From the NCBI GenBank assembly GCA_037200965.1, contig JBBCGK010000001.1, positions 160,001-224,000 on the forward strand: a stretch of 64,000 nt of DNA, read 5' to 3'. This document shows positions 40,038 to 50,196 of this stretch, in pieces. Both the position numbers and the translations under genes were made by a program. Source of the DNA: a bacterium (GTDB lineage Bacteria > Patescibacteriota > Minisyncoccia > Phycocordibacterales > Phycocordibacteraceae). Each line of letters starts with the position of its first letter. Positions within the stretch are counted from its first letter, which is position 1. The notes below the pieces were generated by a model that did not search any database, was not told the DNA's origin, and saw nothing but the letters and a program-made list of their open reading frames with translations.

Positions 40038-40288
40038 TGCGCGCCGCAAGCATCGCGTTCGCCTTCATCGCCGCGCTCTGGTTCCCGTGGCCTCTTGCCA
40101 TTCTTGGGATGTGCCTTGCGGCCGCGTATGAGCCGCTCGCGGCGCTTGCCGTGGGGCTCTTTGCCGACGCGCTCTATTTCACGCACGGCGCGTATCCGTT
40201 CCCCCTCATGACGCTTGTCGGGGCAGGAGCGGCGCTCGGAGCCGTACTCGTGCGCAAATTCTTCGAGACGCGTATCATAGCGGGATGA
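40004..40288 (+). CDS. mreD: MreD-like small membrane protein
   Basis: 94-aa polytopic hydrophobic protein between mreC and mrdA. Confidence 0.45.
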   Translation: MGGDFERRRAMMRAASIAFAFIAALWFPWPLAILGMCLAAAYEPLAALAVGLFADALYFTHGAYPFPLMTLVGAGAALGAVLVRKFFETRIIAG

Positions 40289-41943
40289 GGCGCCGCACGA
40301 TACGCGACCACGAACTCGCTCCCGACGAGATATTCCTCGATTCTTCGAACCTGCCCGACTTCGACCGCTCACGGCTCGAAGGCCGTTTGGAAAAGCCCGT
40401 ATCGGAGCGCTCGTATACCGCCCTTCTCGGGGCGCTCGGCGTCCTCCTCATCGTGCTCCTGGGCCAGGCGTGGAAGCTTCAGGTGTGGCAGGGAGAAGCG
40501 TTCGCCGCCCAAAGCGAACGCAACAGCCTGCGGCAGACGGTGCTTTTCGCCGACCGCGGTGCCATCACCGACCGGAACGGCGTGGTGCTTGCGGAAAATG
40601 TGCCGAGCGCGAGTTCCACGGAGCGCATTTATAAGACGCCGGGATTCGCGAACGTGCTGGGCTATGTCTCGTACCCGAAGAAGGATTCAAGCGGCAAGTA
40701 TTACGATACCGAGACCACGGGCCTTGCGGGCGTCGAGGCTGCCTTTAATGCGGAGCTTGCGGGTGAGAACGGCTCGCACCTTATAGAAGAGGACGCGCTC
40801 GGAAAGCAGCTTTCCGAAGGAAGCGTTATCCCGCCAAAAAACGGCGCGACGCTCAAGCTTTCGATCGACGCGGGCGCGCAGACCGCGTTGTATGACGCCA
40901 TACAGGGGCTTGCCGACCGCATCCCGTTTCAGGGAGGCTCCGGGATACTCATGGATGTCGAGACGGGCGAACTCCTGGCGCTCGTTTCGTATCCGCAATA
41001 CGACCCGAACGTGCTTTCCTCCGGCGGCCCCGGAAGCGTCATCGCCGGATATTCGAGCGACTCAAGACAGGTGTACCTCAACCGTCCGGTACAAGGGCTC
41101 TATACGCCGGGCTCGGTCGTGAAGCCGGTCGAGGCGGCCGGAGCGCTCACCGACAAGGTAATCACGCCGGGATACACCATAAACGCGCAAGGGTCGATCT
41201 CGGTGCCAAATCCCTATGACCCCGCGCACCCGACGATCTTCAAGGACTGGAAGGTGATCGGGATAGAAGACCTGCGCAGGGCGATCGCCTGGTCTTCCGA
41301 CGTGTATTTCTATATGGTCGGCGGGGGGTACGGCGATATCAAAGGGCTCGGGATCGAGCGCCTCAAGCACTGGTATTCCGCCTTCGGCCTCACGAGCCCG
41401 ACGGGGATCGAGCTGCCGGGCGAGAAGGGCGGCTTCGTGCCCGACCCGGCATGGAAACTTAAAACATACGATGATCCGTGGCGCATCGGCGATACCTATC
41501 ACACCGCCATCGGCCAGTATGCGATGCAGGTGACGCCGCTTGAAATGGCACGGGCGATCGCGGCGATCGCAAACGGCGGGAAGCTCGTGCGCCCGACGAT
41601 ACTCGCGGGCCAGGCACCGTCGGGGGAATCGCTTGCGGTCAATCCCGCGGACCTGCAGGTGGTGCGGGAGGGAATGCGGCAGGGGGTGACCGAAGGAACG
41701 TCGGTGGGACTTAACGATCTCGGGTTCGTAAAGCCTGCCGGGAAAACGGGAACCGCGCAGCTTGGCGTCCATAACGAGTGGTACAACTCGTGGGCTGTCG
41801 GGTTCTTCCCGTACGACCGCCCCAAATACGTGTACGTCGTCATCATGGAGCGGGGGCCTTCGACCAACGCGATCGGCGGCGTGTATGCCATGCACCAGTT
41901 CCTCACGGCGCTCCACCGGGCCGCGCCGGAGTATTTCGAGTAG
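40285..41943 (+). CDS. mrdA: penicillin-binding protein 2 (elongasome transpeptidase)
   Basis: SxxK (TPGSVVKP), SxN and KTGT motifs. Sits in mreBCD-mrdA order. Confidence 0.8.
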   Translation: MRRRTIRDHELAPDEIFLDSSNLPDFDRSRLEGRLEKPVSERSYTALLGALGVLLIVLLGQAWKLQVWQGEAFAAQSERNSLRQTVLFADRGAITDRNGVVLAENVPSASSTERIYKTPGFANVLGYVSYPKKDSSGKYYDTETTGLAGVEAAFNAELAGENGSHLIEEDALGKQLSEGSVIPPKNGATLKLSIDAGAQTALYDAIQGLADRIPFQGGSGILMDVETGELLALVSYPQYDPNVLSSGGPGSVIAGYSSDSRQVYLNRPVQGLYTPGSVVKPVEAAGALTDKVITPGYTINAQGSISVPNPYDPAHPTIFKDWKVIGIEDLRRAIAWSSDVYFYMVGGGYGDIKGLGIERLKHWYSAFGLTSPTGIELPGEKGGFVPDPAWKLKTYDDPWRIGDTYHTAIGQYAMQVTPLEMARAIAAIANGGKLVRPTILAGQAPSGESLAVNPADLQVVREGMRQGVTEGTSVGLNDLGFVKPAGKTGTAQLGVHNEWYNSWAVGFFPYDRPKYVYVVIMERGPSTNAIGGVYAMHQFLTALHRAAPEYFE

Positions 41944-42001
41944 CTTGCGCCTTCACCCGCCTCGCGTACAATGACTCCGACCTTTAAATAACCGACTATT
42001 C

Positions 42002-42472
42002 ATGCCGCAAACAGAAACGCTCGTGAGCCAGGAGAAGTTTGACGAGATGGTAAAGGAGCTCGACGAGCTCAAGACCGTCCGCCGCACCGAGATCGCGAAG
42101 AACCTCGAGTTCGCGCGCTCGCTTGGCGACCTTTCGGAAAATGCCGAATACCAGGAGGCGCGGGAGCTTCAGGCCGCGACCGAGGAGCGCATCCGGAAGC
42201 TCGACGAGCTCGTGAAAAACGCGAAAATCGTCACCGACGGCAAGAAGAAGGACGTCGTCGGCTTCGGCTCGAAAGTCTCGATCAAGAAGGACGGCGCGAG
42301 TGACGTGCACGAATACACCATCGTCGGAAGCGAAGAAGCGGACATGCGGGAACGAAAGCTCTCCCACCTTTCTCCGCTCGGAGCGGCGCTCATGGGAAAG
42401 AAAAAGGGCGACACCTTTACGTTCGAAACCCCGGGAGGCAAACAGACGTACGCGGTGGAGAAAGTGGCATAG
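42002..42472 (+). CDS. greA: transcription elongation factor GreA
   Basis: Full GreA pattern with an N-terminal coiled-coil and a C-terminal FKBP-like domain. Confidence 0.9.
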   Translation: MPQTETLVSQEKFDEMVKELDELKTVRRTEIAKNLEFARSLGDLSENAEYQEARELQAATEERIRKLDELVKNAKIVTDGKKKDVVGFGSKVSIKKDGASDVHEYTIVGSEEADMRERKLSHLSPLGAALMGKKKGDTFTFETPGGKQTYAVEKVA

Positions 42473-42543
42473 GCCTCAGGATACAAAAGCGAAAGCGCCC
42501 CGGGTACGCAGGGGCGCTTCACGTTGGTCCTGCCTGCCAACGC

Positions 42544-42717
42544 CTATCGACTGTGTCGAGGCACAAGCAGGCCCGCGATGAGCATGATCGCGAAAAGGAC
42601 CAGGAAAACGAAGAACAGGATCTGCGCGATCCCCATCGCTACAGACGCGACACCGCCGAAGCCGAAGACCCCGGCGATAATGGCGGCCAACAAGAACATG
42701 AGAGCCCATGCGAGCAT
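42544..42717 (-). CDS. DUF1328 (UPF0391) small membrane protein
   Basis: [41 protein letters not shown] matches the DUF1328 consensus closely. Confidence 0.5.
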   Translation of the reverse strand: MLAWALMFLLAAIIAGVFGFGGVASVAMGIAQILFFVFLVLFAIMLIAGLLVPRHSR

Positions 42718-42855
42718 GGCAAACCTCCAGAACCGCACGCATCCGGTATGAACGCGTCTCTTGCGGCCTGAATTTTATAGCACACGACATCTCTATTGCA
42801 ACTTGGCCTTGGGAGCCCCTCAAAAATGCTTCGTTCATGCTACGATATCCGCACG

Positions 42856-44319
42856 ATGTCGGCCCTGGACGCCATACGCGCGGAAAGAATGGAGAAGCTC
42901 GCCCGCATGCGCGAGGCGGGAATGGACCCGTACCCGACGGACACACGGCGCACGCATACCAATGAACAGTTCCTTGCCGAACACGCGGCGCTTGAGGCAA
43001 GCGGCGCGGGCGCTGCCATCGCCGGACGCATCATGTCGCTTAGGGAGCACGGCGGCTCGCTCTTCCTTGACCTCTTCGACGGCAGCGGGGAAGTGCAGGC
43101 GTATATAAAAAAGGACGACTTCGGCGCAGAAGCGTTTGACCGGTTCACCGCGTTCGCCGACGCGGGCGATATCATTGAGATTTCCGGCACCGCCTTCACG
43201 ACCAAGCGCGGCATGCGCTCGATCCTCGCATCCGGCTGGCGCATGCTTGCAAAAGCCCTGCTTCCGCTTCCGAGCGAATGGTATGGCATCAAGGATGAAG
43301 ATGAACGCTACCGGAAGCGCTATCTCGACATCCTTCTCACCAAGGACCTCGCCGGGCGGGTGAAGCGCCGCTCGGTGTTCTGGAACAGCATGCGCGCGTT
43401 CCTGCTCGCCGAGGGGTATGTGGAAGTCGAGACGCCGGTTCTTGAGACCGTCACAGGGGGCGCGGACGCCCGTCCCTTCATCACGCACCACAACGCGCTT
43501 GATATAGAAACGTATCTGCGCATTTCCGCGGGGGAGCTCTGGCAGAAAAAACTCCTCGTCGCGGGCCTGCCGAAGGTCTTCGAGATCGGAAGGATCTTCC
43601 GGAACGAAGGAATGTCCGCCGAACATCTCCAGGACTACACGCAGATGGAATCCTATGAAGCCTTCATGGATTACGAGCAGGGGATGGAAATGATCCAGAA
43701 GCTCTATCGCCACGTCGCCCAGGCCGTCTACGGCACGACGAAATTCACCATCCGCGGCTTCGACGTCGACCTCGCGGAGCCCTGGGAGCGCTATGACTAC
43801 TCCACCCTCGTCAAGAAGCATTTCAATATCGACCCGCTTGCGACGAACGTCGGGGAGATAGAAGCCGCGCTTAAAAAACATGACATTGCCTATGACGCGC
43901 CGACACTCAATATCGAGCGCGGCGTCGATCTGCTTTGGAAGCAGGTTAGAAAGACCCTTGGCGGCCCGGGCTTCCTCATCGGCGTTCCGGTCTATCTCGA
44001 GTCTCTTGCGAAGCGAAGTCCCAAGGATCCGCGCGTCGTCGAGCGTTTCCAGGTGATACTCGGGGGCTCGGAGAACGGGAAGGGCTTCAGCGAACTCAAC
44101 GATCCGGTGGATCAGGCGGAACGGTTCCGGCACCAGCAGGCGCTTCGCGACGGAGGAGACGAGGAAGCGCAGATGAACGATGCGTCGTTCGTCGAGGCGC
44201 TCGAATACGGCATGCCGCCTGCGTTCGGGTTCGGCGTCTCCGAGCGTCTCTTCAGTTTCCTTGAAGGAGTGCCGGTGCGGGAGGCGCAGATTTTCCCGCT
44301 TATGAGACCGAGAGAATGA
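42856..44319 (+). CDS. lysS: lysyl-tRNA synthetase (class II)
   Basis: N-terminal OB anticodon-binding domain and class II motifs 1-3. Confidence 0.9.
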   Translation: MSALDAIRAERMEKLARMREAGMDPYPTDTRRTHTNEQFLAEHAALEASGAGAAIAGRIMSLREHGGSLFLDLFDGSGEVQAYIKKDDFGAEAFDRFTAFADAGDIIEISGTAFTTKRGMRSILASGWRMLAKALLPLPSEWYGIKDEDERYRKRYLDILLTKDLAGRVKRRSVFWNSMRAFLLAEGYVEVETPVLETVTGGADARPFITHHNALDIETYLRISAGELWQKKLLVAGLPKVFEIGRIFRNEGMSAEHLQDYTQMESYEAFMDYEQGMEMIQKLYRHVAQAVYGTTKFTIRGFDVDLAEPWERYDYSTLVKKHFNIDPLATNVGEIEAALKKHDIAYDAPTLNIERGVDLLWKQVRKTLGGPGFLIGVPVYLESLAKRSPKDPRVVERFQVILGGSENGKGFSELNDPVDQAERFRHQQALRDGGDEEAQMNDASFVEALEYGMPPAFGFGVSERLFSFLEGVPVREAQIFPLMRPRE

Positions 44320-44425
44320 AGTCGCGGTTGCGGTAGTTAAGCAAAGCGGTCTCAAGTCATGGCAACTCCTCAATACGATCGGTCACCTTGTCGCGGAACT
44401 TGGTATACGCGAGGGAAGGAGACTG

Positions 44426-44728
44426 TTGTCCCAAGAAACCATCACGACCAAAGATGGCGTCGCGCTTCCGCTTAACCTGCAGCATGCGCTCATGCTTAAA
44501 GAGTCCGGTGAAGAGGGTGATCTTAAGAGTCTATTTGAAGCTGCGAAGCAGCGAGGCCTTCAGGTCGAAGTATTTACACGCGAGATGATCGAGATCACCA
44601 GCGATCGCAAGGTGATAGACCGGACCGCCGCCAAGAATCTCGACGATATAGAATTCCTCGGTGTGCTTGTGTTCGGTCCGTCTTCGGTGGTCGAGGAGCT
44701 CACGCGCGAATTTCCGTTGTATTCGTAA
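44426..44728 (+). CDS. hypothetical protein
   Basis: 100-aa ORF in a lower-GC stretch. Confidence 0.35.
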   Translation: MSQETITTKDGVALPLNLQHALMLKESGEEGDLKSLFEAAKQRGLQVEVFTREMIEITSDRKVIDRTAAKNLDDIEFLGVLVFGPSSVVEELTREFPLYS

Positions 44729-45335
44729 GCGTGAATCCTTGGAGCGGTTGATAGGGTCTTTCGTCGGGTTCGAAAGCCTTTTGAAGGGCTTCAAGCTCGG
44801 TAAAAGCATGGGGAGACCCGACATACACTTGCAAAAGCTTCACATAAAATCCGTGAGAAATGCAAAGTGCGTTCTCCCGCTCTCTCAGCATTTCAATCAA
44901 GCTTTTCATCCGAGCTTTCACGGAGGCGAGTGATTCCGTCAGTCGGTTATTGAACAGCTGTATGATGAATTGTTCGCGCGCGGTTCGCATGGCCTGATCA
45001 TGGGAGAGCCGGGCAAATGCGTCTTTAGGAATGAGATTTTGCATGCTGAAGCGGATTCCATTCAGCTCCGGCAGAGAAATAATCGCCGCGCGCGGAGAAC
45101 GCCCTGTCTCGATGAGCAGTTTGGCCGTGTCCAATGTCTGGCCTTTCTCGGCGATAAAAATCGTTTGAATCTTCTCGACGGGGAAATCAAACTGATAATC
45201 GCGCACGATGCTGCTCGCGTTTTCCTGCAGAGAAGCGGTCATTTCTCCGCGTGATACGAGGTCAAACGAATCATAGAGGTCGTGATCTCCGATCTGATAG
45301 CGGATCGGGGCGCTGGTTATGATCGGGATGTTCAT
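44700..45335 (-). CDS. hypothetical protein
   Basis: 211-aa ORF with no recognised domain. Confidence 0.35.
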   Translation of the reverse strand: MNIPIITSAPIRYQIGDHDLYDSFDLVSRGEMTASLQENASSIVRDYQFDFPVEKIQTIFIAEKGQTLDTAKLLIETGRSPRAAIISLPELNGIRFSMQNLIPKDAFARLSHDQAMRTAREQFIIQLFNNRLTESLASVKARMKSLIEMLRERENALCISHGFYVKLLQVYVGSPHAFTELEALQKAFEPDERPYQPLQGFTLTNTTEIRA

Positions 45336-45389
45336 GATTCGTTTTATAAGAATAAACCCTTCCCGAACGTTCGGGAAGGGTCTTCGGTT

Positions 45390-46235
45390 TCAATCGCCGG
45401 TAACCGGCATCGTTGACTGCGCCAACTGAAGGATGGGAATCGCTTCCTTTCCTTCCCGCGAGAACGGATGATTCACGCGGCTTAGATTCGGCGTGGAGTG
45501 GTTTATCATCACCGCTCCCGTGCCGAACACTTCCTCGGCAAGCCGTCCCCAGGCCATGTATTGGGCGAGTTGCCGGATTGCCATCTCTCTGCAGTACGCA
45601 TGGGTCACGGTCTCGCTGGTCATCGCCTGGTAGAGAGCGATCCGACTTCCCGCGTTGCTGTCGACATTCATGCGTACCGAGCTGTCGGATTCCAGTTCGC
45701 GCCGCACCTCCGCAAGCGCAGCGTGATACGTGGTGAACCAGGTAGGGAAGGCCCGCGTAAAGCGCCGGCAGGTTTTGAGCGGTAGCGAACGGCGACTGGC
45801 CTCTTCGATAATCCGCTCGCAACTCGATTGGCAGCGTTCGAGGAACGCAAGCGGATCGCCATCGACCATCTTTCGCATGACGAAAGGGAGATCGTACTCG
45901 GTATCCGCAAGCGTTACGTGGTATTCGAGATCGATACCCCATTCTTGAAGTCGTGCCAACAAGGCATGAACGATCTCGAGATGCGCCTTGGCGATATGGG
46001 GAATGCCGCCCGATACCGCCATGTAGGTGAAGCCCCGTTCGCTGCGGGCATAATCAGGACAAACTGCGGAAACGAGGATGAGCTTCTTTGACCTGAGTCT
46101 TCTCGATATCCCCTTTTTAACCTTAAGGGGAACCTCGCATGCAAGCGACCCGATGCCATTTGGGAAAACCGAATCGAATGAGAGCGTTGACATGAGCAGG
46201 TTTCCTTTGTTTGCGGTGTAAGGTACTGGGGACAA
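45390..46235 (-). CDS. hypothetical protein
   Basis: 281-aa ORF with no recognised domain. Confidence 0.35.
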   Translation of the reverse strand: MSPVPYTANKGNLLMSTLSFDSVFPNGIGSLACEVPLKVKKGISRRLRSKKLILVSAVCPDYARSERGFTYMAVSGGIPHIAKAHLEIVHALLARLQEWGIDLEYHVTLADTEYDLPFVMRKMVDGDPLAFLERCQSSCERIIEEASRRSLPLKTCRRFTRAFPTWFTTYHAALAEVRRELESDSSVRMNVDSNAGSRIALYQAMTSETVTHAYCREMAIRQLAQYMAWGRLAEEVFGTGAVMINHSTPNLSRVNHPFSREGKEAIPILQLAQSTMPVTGD

Positions 46236-46662
46236 GCGGCGATGCTTGCATGGGGAGCTCTGAATACAAAACTCCCCGCCCTTGTGCGCGTCGAAAAATG
46301 ACGTGCAAAGGGGCGGGGAGTCTTACCAGATTCCGCGCGATACCACCCAATGTTCCGGAACGGGGCATGCCCGCTCCGCTTACCGCCTCGGAAGCCTTAC
46401 GACTCCGGCAACGGTTGTCCCATGGTTACGGAGGAATCCGGATTTCCACTCACGCAGAAATCTCCTTGCCGCACTGGCAACCCGGGCCCAGTCCCCCGCG
46501 GCGCGAGGGACCCGGATCAAAGGATTTGTCTCGGAGCACGATAGCACCGGCGCGCACTCAGGTCAATAGCGACGGGCGGCGACGCCGTGAACACAAGAGT
46601 ACGAAGAGTGAACTATAGTTCACCATAGTTATCCACATTGTGAAGGGCTCGGAAAAGACCTG

Positions 46663-46707
46663 GTGGGTAGTAGTGGGATATACTCCCTTAATGGTCAGTG
46701 AAGTGGG
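46663..46707 (+). promoter_or_regulatory. putative MraZ operator / Pmra promoter region
   Basis: GTGGG direct repeats at 46663, 46673 (10-bp phasing) and 46703. A TATACT -10-like hexamer lies at about 46678. The region sits 50-90 bp upstream of mraZ. Confidence 0.35.
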
Positions 46708-46754
46708 AAGCGGAGTCATGGCCGCTTCCTGCCGATCCGGCCGCTCATCAACCC

Positions 46755-47189
46755 ATGTTCCTCGGCGAATACCTCCACACTTTCGATGCAAAGAACAGGA
46801 TCTCCCTTCCGTCGAGGTTCAGGAAGGATCTTGGCCGCGCGGTGATTATCACGCGCGGCCTCGATCATTGCCTCTACGTATATGCCCGCAAGGCGTGGGA
46901 GAAGGAAGCGGCAAAATACGCCGCGAAGGCGAGCGGGAATGCCGCGGAGCGCGGACTCGCGCGCCTTTTCCTCGCGGGCTCGTCCGACGCCGAGATCGAT
47001 AGCGCCGGGCGCATCCTGATACCCGAGAACTTCAAGGCGTTCGCCGGGATACAGGGCAAGGCGGTCGTCGCAGGCGTCGCCGACCGGGTCGAAATCTGGG
47101 AAGAAGAAGCGTGGAAGGCATACACCAAAGCCATCGAGCGCGATGCTGAAGCATATGCGGAGAAGGTAGGCGGGCAAGGGACTCTTTAA
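46755..47189 (+). CDS. mraZ: transcriptional regulator MraZ
   Basis: Duplicated DxxxR (FDAKNRISLP ... DSAGRILIP) MraZ motifs. Confidence 0.85.
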   Translation: MFLGEYLHTFDAKNRISLPSRFRKDLGRAVIITRGLDHCLYVYARKAWEKEAAKYAAKASGNAAERGLARLFLAGSSDAEIDSAGRILIPENFKAFAGIQGKAVVAGVADRVEIWEEEAWKAYTKAIERDAEAYAEKVGGQGTL

Positions 47190-47195
47190 ATACGT

Positions 47196-48167
47196 ATGGA
47201 ACCGCGCACCCTTGAAGCCAGGCACGACAGCGTCCTCCTCCCGGAGGTCCTTGAGGCGCTTCGGATAGAGGCGACTGATGTCGTGGTGGACGCGACGGTA
47301 GGCGGGGCAGGGCATTTCAAGAGCTTTTTCGAGGCTCTCGGCCCGGAGGGAACGCTTATAGGAATCGACGCGGATGCGGCGGCGCTCAAGCGGGCCAAGG
47401 AGGTGCTTGCGGCCGATCCGCGCGCTCCCGGCGCCCGCCCGCACGTTCATCTGGTCGAGGATAATTTCCGCAACCTCCCGTCGATACTCGATACGCTTGG
47501 TATAGAGCGGGTGGATAAGATCCTGTTCGACCTCGGATGGAGCGGCTTCCAGCTTGCGGAGAATCGCGGATTTTCCTTCCAGGCGGACGAGCCGTTATTG
47601 ATGGCGTATGGAAGCGCGGCGGGGCAGCAGACGGCGGCAGAAATCGTTAACGGCTATTCCGAAGAGGAGCTTGCCGATCTCATTTATTCGCTCGGGGAAG
47701 AGCGCTTCGCCCGCGGCATCGCGAAGTCGATCGTCACGGCCCGAAGGGAGAAACATCTTCTTACCACCGCCGACCTCGTGCATGCGGTCGAGCTTGGCAC
47801 TCCCGCCTGGTACCAGCACCGCCGGACGCACCCGGCAACGAAGACATTTCAGGCGCTGCGGATCGCGGTGAACGACGAACTCGGAGCGCTTCGGGACGGC
47901 CTTTCCGCGGCGCTTTCCCGCGCGGCAGCAGGCGGACGCATCGCGGTCATCACCTTCCACAGCATCGAAGACCGGATCGTTAAAAGCTTCTTCAAGGATG
48001 CGGCGCATACGGGACAAGGAACGCCTGTTACGAGAAAGCCCGTCGTCCCGAGCTTCGCGGCCGTGCGCGAGAACCGGCGCGCACGAAGCGCGAAGCTCCG
48101 GGTATTTGAAGTCGGCGTTTCCGGACTTGCCCGCCAGGAGGAGTCTCTCAACCATGCCTATGCGTAG
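47196..48167 (+). CDS. rsmH: 16S rRNA (cytosine1402-N4)-methyltransferase RsmH
   Basis: VVDATVGGAGH AdoMet-binding motif and the overall MraW pattern. Confidence 0.9.
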   Translation: MEPRTLEARHDSVLLPEVLEALRIEATDVVVDATVGGAGHFKSFFEALGPEGTLIGIDADAAALKRAKEVLAADPRAPGARPHVHLVEDNFRNLPSILDTLGIERVDKILFDLGWSGFQLAENRGFSFQADEPLLMAYGSAAGQQTAAEIVNGYSEEELADLIYSLGEERFARGIAKSIVTARREKHLLTTADLVHAVELGTPAWYQHRRTHPATKTFQALRIAVNDELGALRDGLSAALSRAAAGGRIAVITFHSIEDRIVKSFFKDAAHTGQGTPVTRKPVVPSFAAVRENRRARSAKLRVFEVGVSGLARQEESLNHAYA

Positions 48168-48459
48168 CGTCGTCCATGCGTTTTCCCTGGTGCAGTGGCT
48201 CGGCGGCGTGGTCGCCGTGCTCGTCGTCGCCTATATCGCGCTCATCGCGTTCGTCATGTCCTATGCCGCGGTGCAGACGGAGACGGCACAGTCGGTCCGG
48301 GACGGAAGCGCGCAGGTGAGCCTTCTTGAAATCCGCTACCTCGAGAAAACCGCGGCGCTCGGGGCGATGGACCCGGCGAGCCTCGGATACTCCGCTCCGC
48401 TCGCGAAGAATTTCGTCGAAGGTCCGGCTCGCGCGGCGATCAATACCGGGCGCCGCTAA
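48154..48459 (+). CDS. ftsL: FtsL-like cell division membrane protein
   Basis: 101-aa single-TM protein between rsmH and ftsI. Confidence 0.45.
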   Translation: MPMRSVVHAFSLVQWLGGVVAVLVVAYIALIAFVMSYAAVQTETAQSVRDGSAQVSLLEIRYLEKTAALGAMDPASLGYSAPLAKNFVEGPARAAINTGRR

Positions 48460-48468
48460 CAGAAAGGC

Positions 48469-50196
48469 ATGCGCGCGACATTCCGAGCACGGCTGCGCAT
48501 ACTTCTCGGGATCATAGGGCTTATCGCTCTTCTGCTCGTTGCCCGCCTCTATTTCGTGCAAATCGTGAACGGTTCGGAGTATGCGCTCCGGGCCGACCGG
48601 CAGTATCTTTCGCAAAGCCAGGCGCTCTTCGATCGCGGATCAATCTATTTCACGCGCCAGGACGGCACGCTCATCTCGGCGGCAAGCCTTGGAAGGGGCT
48701 TCCTGCTTTCGCTTAATCCTTCAAAGATTAAAGACGCGGAGGCGGCATACCAGGCTCTTTCCGCCCTGACGCCGCTTGACCACGACGCGTTCATCGCCGC
48801 GGCTACGAAACCGCACGACGTATACGAGGAGGTGGCGCACCGGCTTCCGGAAGATGTCGGTACCAGGATCGCGGCGCTTAAGATCCCGGGCGTAAGTCCT
48901 CTCCGGGAGCGCTGGAGGGAATATCCGGGGGGGGCGCTCGCCGCGCAATCGATCGGCTTTATCGCCTATAACGGGGGCGACACGCTCGCCGGGCGCTACG
49001 GCCTCGAGCGCTACTACGACGACACGCTCGCCCGCGACAACGGCTCGCTCTATCAGAATTTCTTTGCGCAGCTCTTCGCGAACCTCGGGAACGCGCTCGT
49101 CGACGCGCGGGCAAGCCGCCAAGGGGACATCGAGACCACCATCGAGCCGCAGGTGCAGGCGCACCTCGAGGACGACCTGAAGGCCGTGCAGGCGAAGTAT
49201 GCGAGCCGGGAGACCGGAGGCATCATTATGAATCCCGCGACCGGGGAAATCATCGCGCTTGGCGCGACGCCGGGCTTCGACCTTTCCGACTTCCAGAACG
49301 GGAACGCGGAGCATTTCGGGAATCCGCTCGTCTCGAGCGTCTACGAATTCGGCTCCATTATGAAGCCCCTTACGATGGCTTCGGGTATCGACGCCGGGGT
49401 AGTAACGCCTTCGACGACATACAACGACACGGGATGCATCGAGGTGAACGGATCGAAGATCTGCAACTTCGACCTCAAGGCCCGCGGGGTTGTGCCGATG
49501 CAGGAGGTGCTCTCGCAGTCGCTTAACGTGGGCGCGTCGTATATCGCGACCAGGCTCGGGCCAGACCGCTTCCGCACCTATTTTACGTCTCTTCGCTTCG
49601 GCGAGGAGACGGGCATCGATCTCCCGAGCGAAATCCACGGGATCACGGGAAACCTCAAAAGTCCCCGCCAGCTCGAGTACGACAACATGTCGTTCGGGCA
49701 GGGTATCGCCGAAACCCCGGTCGAGATGATCCGCGCGCTCGGAACGCTCGCGAATCGCGGCAGCATGGTCACGCCGCATCTTGCGCGCGCGATACGCCTC
49801 GATTCGGGCATCACGAAGACGCTCGACTGGGGAGAGCCGGTTCCGGTCTTCAAGCCCGAAAGCGCGCAGGCCGTGACGCAGATGCTCACGCAGGTCGTCG
49901 ACACGGCGCTCGCGCACGGGGCGAAGAAGATCCCCGAGATGTCGGTCGCCGCAAAAACGGGAACGGCGCAGATGGCCGCGCCCGGCGGGGGATACTACGC
50001 GAACGAGTATTTCCACTCCTTCTTCGGCTATTTCCCCTCGTATTCCCCGCACTTCATAATCCTCCTCTATACGGTTAAGCCCCAGGGCGTACAATATGCG
50101 TCCGAGACGCTCACGGACACCTTCGCGGACCTGGTGCATTTCCTCGTGAGTTACTACGGCGTCCCGCCCGACCGAGCCAATGAAAACAATCCTTAG
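48469..50196 (+). CDS. ftsI: penicillin-binding protein 3 / FtsI-like transpeptidase
   Basis: N-terminal TM. SxxK (SIMKP), SxN and KTGT motifs. Sits in dcw context. Confidence 0.8.
   Translation: MRATFRARLRILLGIIGLIALLLVARLYFVQIVNGSEYALRADRQYLSQSQALFDRGSIYFTRQDGTLISAASLGRGFLLSLNPSKIKDAEAAYQALSALTPLDHDAFIAAATKPHDVYEEVAHRLPEDVGTRIAALKIPGVSPLRERWREYPGGALAAQSIGFIAYNGGDTLAGRYGLERYYDDTLARDNGSLYQNFFAQLFANLGNALVDARASRQGDIETTIEPQVQAHLEDDLKAVQAKYASRETGGIIMNPATGEIIALGATPGFDLSDFQNGNAEHFGNPLVSSVYEFGSIMKPLTMASGIDAGVVTPSTTYNDTGCIEVNGSKICNFDLKARGVVPMQEVLSQSLNVGASYIATRLGPDRFRTYFTSLRFGEETGIDLPSEIHGITGNLKSPRQLEYDNMSFGQGIAETPVEMIRALGTLANRGSMVTPHLARAIRLDSGITKTLDWGEPVPVFKPESAQAVTQMLTQVVDTALAHGAKKIPEMSVAAKTGTAQMAAPGGGYYANEYFHSFFGYFPSYSPHFIILLYTVKPQGVQYASETLTDTFADLVHFLVSYYGVPPDRANENNP

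Noticed and set aside
42835-44373. 512-aa minus-strand ORF opposite lysS. Similar long antisense ORFs lie opposite ftsI (48721-50301), proS (37104-38252), rseP (35864-36622), murA (28321-29253), priA (26193-27254), the R-M methyltransferase (8469-9137), the lipoprotein gene (33370-34224) and the secreted-protein gene (31428-32135).
   Set aside because: All overlap strongly supported genes on the other strand. They have Arg/Ala/Gly-biased composition without motifs. These are high-GC shadow ORFs.
46240-46620. Possibility that the structured GC-rich region upstream of mraZ is RNase P RNA, tmRNA or SRP RNA
   Set aside because: I could not find the conserved P4 (AGGAAAGUCCGGGC / ACAGAACCCGGCUUA), the tmRNA tag-reading frame with acceptor-like ends, or the SRP domain IV motif on either strand.
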